Below are positions 1-10,100 of a stretch of 64,000 nt of DNA, one piece after another. This DNA is from an uncultured virus (IMG/VR IMGVR_UViG_3300046387_001330) (lineage: Duplodnaviria; Heunggongvirae; Uroviricota; Caudoviricetes). The stretch is taken from IMG/VR virus record IMGVR_UViG_3300046387_001330; one strand, written 5' to 3'. The position numbers and the translations under genes were made by a program. Below the pieces are notes generated by a model, which was given only the letters and a program-made list of their open reading frames with translations, ran no database searches and had not been told where the DNA came from. The first letter of the stretch is position 1, and every line of letters begins with the position of its first letter.

Positions 1-99
1 ATAAAAGAGTTTTATTATATAAAAGCATCTACGAGTGCAGATGAAAATCCAACACGAATAAAATTTGGTGACGGAACACCAAAAGGATCACATTGTTAA
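1..99 (+). CDS. 3' end of an upstream gene (partial, unknown product)
   Basis: Frame 1 is open from the window edge (IKEFYYIKASTSADENPTRIKFGDGTPKGSHC) to TAA at 97-99; followed by a 26-nt gap containing AAGGA before the next ATG. Confidence 0.6.
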   Translation: MKEFYYIKASTSADENPTRIKFGDGTPKGSHC

Positions 100-125
100 A
101 CTAAATAAAATAAGGAATATGTAAA

Positions 126-1151
126 ATGAATTTTTGTTGCCACGATGATTACACAGGATCAGAAAGTTTTACTTTTGATGATATTTCAATATATATCGGT
201 TTTCAAAATTGGGTAAATAATGATGCAAGTGATCCAACAAAAGGAATCTATAATACAGATTTAAGTGATCTTGAAAACTTTAAAATATGGTATGCAAGTG
301 AAGTCTCAAAGAAAAATTTAAATGCGATTGAACAAGAAATTAAGTTTTTACCAAAACTAGATTGTGGTGACTTCACCGAGTCTACCAGTTTTACATTTGA
401 TGATATTTCAATTTATATAGGACACCAAAACTGGATAAACAATGATGCAAGTGATCCAACAAAAGGGGTATACGACACAGATAAAAACGAAACAGAAAAT
501 TTTAGAGACTGGTATGTAGACCAGGTATCTCAAAAAAACTTAAATGTTATAGAGCAAGATGTTATGCACTTACCATCGTTGCAAGCAGACACCGTTGTGC
601 ATACTATAAACGGAGATGTTCCACGTGGTGGTGATGCGGATGCTATTATTGTTGATGTGGATGCGGAAGGTGACACAGCCGGAGATTTGTTGGTATCATT
701 TGATGCAACGGCTGCGGTTCATACAAACGAAAATTATGCCGGAGAGAACAGAATAAAAGCAGTGGAATTAGTGTTTGATAATGTAGAATTTGTTTCAACC
801 TCCGAAGCAGAGACGGGTTTATCATTAAACACATCAGAAAAGCAAACTTTAATTGACGAACAATATCAAGATACACTTGGAAATAAAACTTTAAACTATT
901 ATTATGATTACGCAATGCGTACTGATGGAACTGAACCAAGAAACAATAAATCTGTAATTGGTTTCATAGATACTACTGCAAATGGTGACGGAGAACTTAA
1001 AACTACACTAGGAACTTTAGTATTTCGTGTCAAAAAAGATAATTGGAGAAAAAACACAGAAATATCAAATGATATAAAAATCGCAGATGTTAGAATTTGG
1101 GACGAAACTTGCGAAGTAGAACGATACGAATTACAAGGAGGATGTGGATAA
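126..1151 (+). CDS. Putative structural/adaptor protein: two tandem 74-aa EF-hand/dockerin-like repeats plus a C-terminal cohesin-like beta-sandwich
   Basis: 341-aa ORF with upstream TAAGGA; repeats DDYTGSESFTFDDISIYIG / GDFTESTSFTFDDISIYIG; C-terminal IKAVELVFDNVEFVS...SVIGFIDT...LGTLVFRVK resembles the cohesin strand pattern. Confidence 0.55.
   Translation: MNFCCHDDYTGSESFTFDDISIYIGFQNWVNNDASDPTKGIYNTDLSDLENFKIWYASEVSKKNLNAIEQEIKFLPKLDCGDFTESTSFTFDDISIYIGHQNWINNDASDPTKGVYDTDKNETENFRDWYVDQVSQKNLNVIEQDVMHLPSLQADTVVHTINGDVPRGGDADAIIVDVDAEGDTAGDLLVSFDATAAVHTNENYAGENRIKAVELVFDNVEFVSTSEAETGLSLNTSEKQTLIDEQYQDTLGNKTLNYYYDYAMRTDGTEPRNNKSVIGFIDTTANGDGELKTTLGTLVFRVKKDNWRKNTEISNDIKIADVRIWDETCEVERYELQGGCG
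138..581 (+). repeat. Intragenic tandem duplication, period 222 nt (74 aa), 2 copies
   Basis: agttttacttttgatgatatttcaat at 165 vs agttttacatttgatgatatttcaat at 387; aatgatgcaagtgatccaacaaaagg is present in both copies. Confidence 0.95.
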
Positions 1152-1153
1152 AA

Positions 1154-4100
1154 ATGGACTACAAAATTGGAGATTTTACAGGAGTGCAGGAATCAAAACC
1201 TGACGGCAACATTACAAAAGAAGATGTGCAGTTGTTTTTAAACGGAATGAAAACTGGATTGTTTTTAGATAAACACCAACCAGAGTTCCACATTTCAAAC
1301 ACATTTCAAAAAAGTCCATACATGGGACCAAGTTTCCGTGAAATTTTAAAATTAGATTGTAAAGTAGAAGAAGGTGGTGGAACATTTGGAGATGATGAAT
1401 CCGAAGAACTTGATGACTTGGTTGGACCAAGCAACACCGACGATGTAGAAATTGAAATAAGTGAAATTGTAGATGATACACTTGTGCATTTTGGTGAAAA
1501 GGGTTCTGCAATTGACACTTATTTAGAAACAATTGTAGCATCTGTTCCAAATGCTAAGATTAAAAACTTTTTTCATAAGTCTGGAGATGCAACTACTCCA
1601 GTGGAAAAGAATATAGGATACGTAAAAATTTATTCGTTTGCAGACAAATTAGATTATAGTGAATATGATATAGTGCTTCCTCCTGTGTTTACAAACAGAG
1701 ACGAAGAATCTGTGCCACATGATTTGGAATTCGGAAAAGAGTCAGTTGCGATATACGGAGATTACCTTGCGGTATCAGCATTTTATAGTAGACCAAAAGC
1801 AGATGAGTTGGTTGAGCAAAATCCATCTGCTAAAATATTCATTTACAAAAAATACGAAGGAGACGAAACAAATGATCCGGGATACAAGTTTTATACTGTA
1901 ATTGAAGATTTTGAATTTGGTGTAGAACCTGTTTTGGAAATACACGAAGATTTACTTTTTGCTAGTGATTATCGTTTTAATTTTATTAAAGTGTATAGTT
2001 TAGAAAAATTATCTACATTAACAAATTATGAAACTGCAATTCCTTTAAGTAAAATTGTTCCAGTTGATTTAATAAAACCAATAAGTGGAGAAGATTTTAA
2101 TTCTGAATGGGGACGAAGTTTAGTTTGTCGTGATGGTCTTAATTTATTTGTCGGCGCACCCAATGCTATTGTTTCTTACGGAGCACCTATTTCAACTGGT
2201 GTAGTTCAGCATTATGCATTGAATCAATCAGATTCTTTAACTGATCCAGACGGAACACAACCAAATCCTTGGAAATTTATTCAAACAATTTCATTGCCAC
2301 AAAGCACAATTCCTTATTGGGCAAGTGATGAAAAACAATGGTATGATTTCCACAACGCATACAAAGATGGAGATTCCGACTATAAAGATGAGTCACCCAA
2401 AACTGCTGGATGTGGATGGGGTATCAATGATGATCTAGGAACATATTTCGAGGAGGAAGAACTTCCTCCGTTTACTTGTGCTTATTATTTAGTTGCGGAC
2501 ACCCGTATGGGAGAAACAATTGATTTCAGAAATCAAAAAGATTCACAGAATCAAATTGATAAAGGAAGAACTTATTTAACAATTGGTTGTCCCAACTATT
2601 TTGATGAAACTGATCCAAACGCAGAACCTACTGCAAAAGATGGATGTACCGTAATTTTTGATGTATCATTAACATATACTGACATAACATCAATTCAAGG
2701 AGGTCAACATCAATTAATAAACAGAATTATGCCAAATACTGCTCCTGCGGTTAAAGCAATGGAAGTGGGAAGTTCACCGGGTGTACATTTTGATTGTGAT
2801 GATGTTTCAGTTCATATTCAATCTGAACTTCCATCTCAAGAAGATTTAATAAATCGTGGTTCTCCTTTGTTTTGGGATGATCACAATAACTCACTTACAT
2901 ATTCAGAAGTAACTCATGGTGATAATGATGGATTGTTATTACATTCTGCTCCGTATGCAAAAAGTTATATTAAAGTTGGCCAAGGTGGTGGTACAGATAA
3001 TGCAACATTGGGAGATATTTCACTACAAGAACAACCTTCTTATTTACTCAACGATGATGATTTAACAATAGAATTTTGGTATCGTTCTCAAAACTCAAAT
3101 GGTGACACAGAGCAATTTATAGTAGGAACAAACGATGGTTCTGAATCACCTGATAGCAGTGCAAATGCCTGGAAACTGACATTTAACACAACATCAAACA
3201 AATTTACTTTTTTATACAAAAATTCTTCATATGAATTCAACAAACAATCAAACGATGAATTTGATAATACTGCATGGAATCATATTGCAATAGTACATGA
3301 AAACAATCCAAAAAGTTCGTCAGAAGGAATTACAGAAAATACAAGAACTTTAAATTTATATGTAAATGGGGTTCAGCAATTATCAGATAATACAATTGAG
3401 TATGCTCAGAGAATAATAAACTCAGACGCAGGAACTTATTTATCGTTTGTTGGATTGAAAAATTCATCAAATACTTTTGTTGCCGGACAAAGTTGTTACA
3501 TAGATGACATAAGAATAACACACGGAATACGATATACAGAAGCATTTGATAGACCTGTTTCTTGTTTTGCAATTTGTTATTTTCCAAAGGGATTCGGAGC
3601 ATCTGTTTCAATGGATGCAAACTATGATGTATATGCTTTAGATAATCACACAGGTGGTTTTATTTCTAAATATGAAAGATTAGTATCAGAAAATTCATCG
3701 GTATCATGGAGTTTCCGGGAGAAAGTATCATTATCAAAAGATGAACCTGTTGTAGGTGGTATGACAAGCATATACTCACTTGATTTAGTATATGGAAATA
3801 AAAATGATTTAAGAATTTACCCAAGAACTTCTACAATCGGAATACATGAAGGTGAAAACGAGAATTTGGCCAAAGATATAGATTTATCATACACCATAAG
3901 TGATATAACTGCACCGTATGATTACAGTGTCATGCTCAAAGGAAAAGGAATTATAGATTGGGGAGATGGTACGCAAGAATCATTTGATTTTCGTGATGGA
4001 TTTAAAAAACTTGCACATAGATACGAAAATTCTGCGGACAATTATGTTATTAAGATTTATGGAGTCACCGGGTGGGGAGAATCCGAAGGAGCAGATTCTG

Positions 4101-7100
4101 GACAATCTAAAGTTACCCAAGTGAACAAAATTAGTGAAAATGTAACAGAACTAGATGGTGCATTTAAAGGAGCAACTAATTTTAACCAAGATATATCTGG
4201 ATGGAATACAACTCACATTACATCAATGAAAAATCTTTTTAGTGGTGCAACTTCTTTTAATCAAGATTTATCAAATTGGAATGTAGAAAATGTCACCGAT
4301 ATGTCTGGAATGTTCAATGGTGCGTCTGTATTTAATTCTGATTTAAGTGAATGGTGTGTTTCATCATTGAATGAACAATCTAACTTTTCAACTGATTCTT
4401 CTTTAACATCAGAAAAAATACCAAGTTGGGGAACTTGTAATAACTATATAGATTTTTACTTTGATACATCTTCACTTACTGCTCCGTTAGTAATTCCATT
4501 TACTACTTCATTTACAGAATCTGATTCAACGGGATACGATTTAACAGTAACATGGGGTGAAGATGATCCGGAAGTATTTACCGTTGAAAATATAGAGCAA
4601 TCGTTAAACAATTTTGCAAATAATACTACTACTGAAACCATTTCAGCATTATATCCAACCAAAACTGATAATATTCCGTCTAATTCCAACTATAAAGTTC
4701 GTTTGGCAATACCAGATGCACCTTGTAAACTAGAAAATATAGAAGATGTAGTTGGTGAAACGGGACCGGAATTTCCAAGTACATTATTTACTTCACCAAA
4801 TAGGATTAAAGTAAAACGAGGAGATTCATTAATACACTTTAATTGTGGAAACTACAAGTCTTTGCAAGAAATAGATTTATCAAACGCAATATTGTCCAAT
4901 ATAGAATACTTAAATTTTTCACAATGTACTAATCTGAGTTCTATTGTATGGCCATCTGAACTTGATTGTACAAACATAGATTCATTTAGAACCTTATTTT
5001 ATGGATGTGATGCATTAACAGATATTTCACTGGAAAATTTCAAAAATACAGAAAATGTGTATGATGCAACTGCAATGTTTGAAAATTGTACAAATCTCAC
5101 TTCAGTAGATTTAGCAGATTTTACAGGTGAAAATTTATTGTATTCAACTTCAATGTTCCGTGGAACAAAACTCAGTAACATAAACGGACAAAAATTTAAC
5201 ACCCGAAAAATTACAAATGCAGATAGTATGTTTGCGGAAATGCCAAACTTTAGAGTGTTTATATTTGGAGATGATTGGAACTTCGATAATCTTGAAAGTG
5301 CAAATTATATGTTTGGTTTTCAAAATAGACCAAGTTCTCTACCAACTCGTTTTATTGGATCTATGGTCAATGCAATGGGACCATTACCTAAAATAAAAAG
5401 TTTAAATGGGTTCTTTAAAAATCAAATTGATATTCAGTATCTTGGTTGGAAAGACAACGAACCACCCACATTTGAAAACGTAACAGATATGACAGAAATG
5501 TATTATGGTGTGAATGCTGTAGAACGTGATATATTAAGTCATACATTTTCAAAAGCAAATACTATAAATCTTACAAAGATAAATGGAATGCTAGGTTGTG
5601 ATGATGTACCTGGAGCTCATTGGTACGCAATAAATGGTGGTGATAATGATACGAAAGTCATTACCGATGTTTTAGAGATTGTTGGAAATGCACTAAATAC
5701 AGATAAAGTAACACACGCAGTTGGATTTTTACAAAATCAAAAATGGTTGGGAACTTTTGATGTTCCTATGAATTTGACAAGTGTGCTTGATATGTCACAC
5801 TTTTTTGAAAATACACAAGTCACGAACCCAAAATTTTCACACGACTGGAATGCAAGTGAATTAACAACTACAAACTATATGTTCAAGGGTATCCAAGGTT
5901 TACGCCACATTTTTAATTGGAATACATCTAAACTCATAAGTGCAAATGGAATGTTTGAAGGAACTACTTTTAGTTATGATCCGAATGAGTTTAGTGGAAT
6001 TGATACTTTTGATGTAAAGAATTTAAAATATGCAGATTATATGTTTAAAGATTCTAATTTTGATGAAAATCTATATATGTGGTGTGCTAATGCGATTGAA
6101 TCGAGAATAGGTTTTAATGAAAATAGTGATTTGGTAGACGACAAATTACCTATTTGGGATAGTTCTGAATGTCCTGATGATATAATCTTTCTTGAGCACA
6201 CGATTTTAGCAAATACAAACGACGAGGATAACACATTGCGTCTTCCAGTTTCAATTGGAGATGGTGGAATTCAAATTGATTGGGGACTTGGCAATGGATG
6301 GGAAACATATAACAAAACATCAGACAGTGAGTTGTTAGTAAAAAATATCAAGTCAAATTCAGGAATAATAAAAATAAAAGGTGACTTAAAACAAATTTCA
6401 TTTAGTACAACTGATGTGTATAAATTGTTACCTTTAGAAAATTATGACTTTTTGGAAGATGGATACGGTATAGCAAAATATGGTGATTATGATGCCGATA
6501 ACATCAATTACGTAGATTACACTTGGTATGAAGATTATATCAGTTCTACTAATACAAAATATAATCTTGTTAGTAATATTTTCGGATATAGATATAAAAA
6601 TAGTAGTCTTAACTCAGACCTAAAAAGAATTGTAATTCGTGGAATGAGTTCAATTACAAGTGCAAATAATATGTTTGCAAAATTAGCAAGTACACATATA
6701 GACATAAATAACTGGGATGCTTCAAATGTAAAATCAAGTAGCAAGATGTTTTTAAACTCACAACGTATTGTAAATTACTCTTTATTTCAAATTCCTGCAA
6801 TTAAAGAAGTAATAAAAAATACAATAGATGCAAAGATGATGTTTGCTCATGCAAATACAGACGTGTGGGGTTCAGGTTTAAACGAAGAAATTCCTTCACA
6901 AATCGAATTAAACTTCGAAAATGCAAAAACAATTATTCATCTTTTTGCACGTCTTAAAATAATTGGGGTAACAAATTCGAGTAACGAAGATCTACCTAAC
7001 TTAAAATTAATTATTCCAGAGTGCAGAACTGCATACCAATCTCTTGCTACTGGATATACTCGTTTTGATCATATTGAAATTGAAAATTCATATAAGTTAT

Positions 7101-10100
7101 TTGATATAAATGATATGTTCCTCGGTGCAACAATTAAAACAATAAAATTCAAGGAAACAGATTCAATTTTAACTGCCATCCGAGCTTTTTACTATATAAA
7201 AGACTATTATTCTGAGGTTAAATCAATAAATGCAGAAACAATTATAAATGGAACATTTAATGGTCTACGAAATGCCAAAGGAATGTTTGAAGGATCATAC
7301 TTGTATAAATTATCTGCTCCCAATTTTACTGCGAGAAGTTTGTTATGTACCCACTCAATGTTTGCACAGTGCAGATCAACTGAAATTAATTTTCCTGAAA
7401 TGGAATCAAAACTTGAGAATGCAGATAATATGTTTCGATCCAATTCACATCCTGGTGACATATGTAAAGCAATAATATTTCCTAAAATTAGTATAATCGG
7501 ATACCCGATTAGAGCAATAAATACCGTATATGGTTTATTTTCAGGCAGAACCAACTTAGAAAAAATAAAATTAAAAAATAACTTTTTAGAACCAAGAACT
7601 GAATTGTCATTTTTCGATGTGTTCAATCTGTTTGCTGATTGTAAGAAATTTAACGATTCGTCAATTAAAAATTGGGATGTATCTAGAGTTAGAAGTTTTT
7701 CTTATTGGTTTCAAAATGCAGAAAGTTTTAATCAAAAATTGAATAGATGGGATGTATCAAATGGAGTAAACTTTAATTATATGTTTTACGGTGCTAAATC
7801 TTTTGTAGGATACGGACTTGACCAATGGAAATTATTTGGTGGAGATGATTTTTCAATACGCAAAAGAGTTGATTTTAATCATCGGATGATTAATTTTAGT
7901 TATATGTTTGCAAATGCAACATCATTTAATGCAAATATTAATAATTGGGGCAACCGAATTTTCAACGGACTTCAAAATCATGTTGGCATATCCAGTTACC
8001 ATTCCACCGGACATCAACTTATCAGTACAGTTCAAATAAATCAATTAAATATGGTTAATATGTTTGAGAATGCAAAATCATTTAATAGAACATTGGCATC
8101 TTGGTCACTTCCTATTAAATTTGTACAACGAGATATTGGAGGAACTGTAAGTGGTATACATAAAATGTTTAAAGGTTGTTCTAATTTAAATCAAGACTTT
8201 TCTTCGTGGGAAATGTCACAATATGGAAATATTTCAAAAGAATATATCGATGAAATCTTTGAGGATTCTGGTGTACCGGAACATAAAAAGATTAAACCAA
8301 AAAGTGAAATTGAATTTTATTCAGAATTAGATATTACAATTTCCGGGGTAAGTAAGATAAATTTTGGAGTAAGGTGTGCGGAAGATTCATTCACAATAGA
8401 TTGGGATGACGGTGAAGGTGAGCAAACTATATCTACCGTACCTGATACTGGAAATTTATCTGATTCAAGTATAAAGTTTGTAGCAGTTGACTATGAATCG
8501 GTTATCTCAGAACCAAAAGTGGTAAAAATAAAAGGTCCTATTACCTGTGTAGAAGGTATAATAAATAAAAACTCCATAGTAAATAAAAATTACGCATGGT
8601 TATCTGATACAACTTATGAAAATTACGATGATAATGAAGATTTTAAAAATGTTGTCACAAAAATTGTAAATCGTGGTGATGCTTTAACTTTAACTGGATT
8701 CTTTTATTCAAATAACAATTATACACATATACAAGATAGTATAGCAGAAATTGATTATACAACTGCCGATTTTACAAATTTTTCATTTAATTATTATGGA
8801 AATCAAGAACATCGATTTGCAAATAAAACTACGTTTAAAAAACCTATTACAGCGTCTGGTTTAAATAATTCACCATTTTATAGTATTAATGCTGGTGGTG
8901 ATAATCGTGGTGAAGTTTTGGTAAAAGTTCCAGATAATTTTGATTTAGATGAATTACTAAAAAATGAAATTAAGTCAGGTAGTTTGTTCGCGAATTCATG
9001 TATTGCAAATATCGATGAATTAATTGGTACATCCACTTTTAAAAATGTATCAATTAAGGATCATATGTTTGGTGGTACGAGGAAATTACCAAGTGCGGAA
9101 CTATTTAAGCAATTAGATTTCAGTTGTACAATATCAGCAGAATATTGTTTTAGTTCTATAGATTCCGATGGGGTCTCAAGTGGTGGAAACGAAACGATTG
9201 ATCTGAGTGAATATGATGTATCAAATGTAGTCACATTTGACAATATGTTTAATGGTGTAGCAAATAACAACATCACTGGATTGGAAAACTGGAATGTTTC
9301 AAACGGAATAGATTTTATGCGTATGTTTGCCTATTCCCGTGATTTTAACAAAAATATATCTTCATGGAATATGGCAAATGCGACGAACATTGCTGGTATG
9401 TTTGAAAGAGCTGAATCTTTCAATCAAAATTTAAGTAATTGGAATTTGTCGAGATGTGTTATGGCAAATGGTGTATTTGATGGTACGCAGATTTCAAATT
9501 TTAAACTTGGTGAAAATAAAATCCAAACCATTGACCTTGAAACACAATCAGTTGAAAACGAATCAGATTTTTCATCCGCAACTTATATTGAGTGTAATCA
9601 AAATAATTTAGATTTAAATACTTGTAATATATCTTCTTCCGTGGCTCATATAAAATTAGATACTGGAGGTGAATATCCATTTGATTTATCTACTTTGCAA
9701 GTTGGGAATCTAGGTTCATTTACACTAGGTAGTAATACAACAATTTCTGAAGAGAAAAAACCGAAACTTGTGCAATTGAATACTCGTGGAATTATAAGTT
9801 TATCTTCAAAAGCACCAGTTGCAACTATTTTACTTGAATTCGTGGATAATAAAAAGGAATTTGAATTTGAGGTTACTCACGATGCGAATTTAAAAATATA
9901 TTGGAATCCAAACGAAGAACCAGAAATTATTGATTCAGCAAATACAAATATTGTATACAGTAAATCACAAGAGTCAAATTTTTCAAATGTTGTAATACAA
10001 GGTAATATAACTCATATATCATTTAGACCCAAAGATAATACTTTAAATGGAATAAAGTATGCATTGGTACATGATGTTACTAATAATATTAAATCATTTG

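Noticed and set aside
1097..1153. N-terminal extension of the giant ORF from TTG 1097
   Set aside because: It overlaps the previous gene; ATG 1154 has an SD, and homology to the 25453-25645 module begins there.
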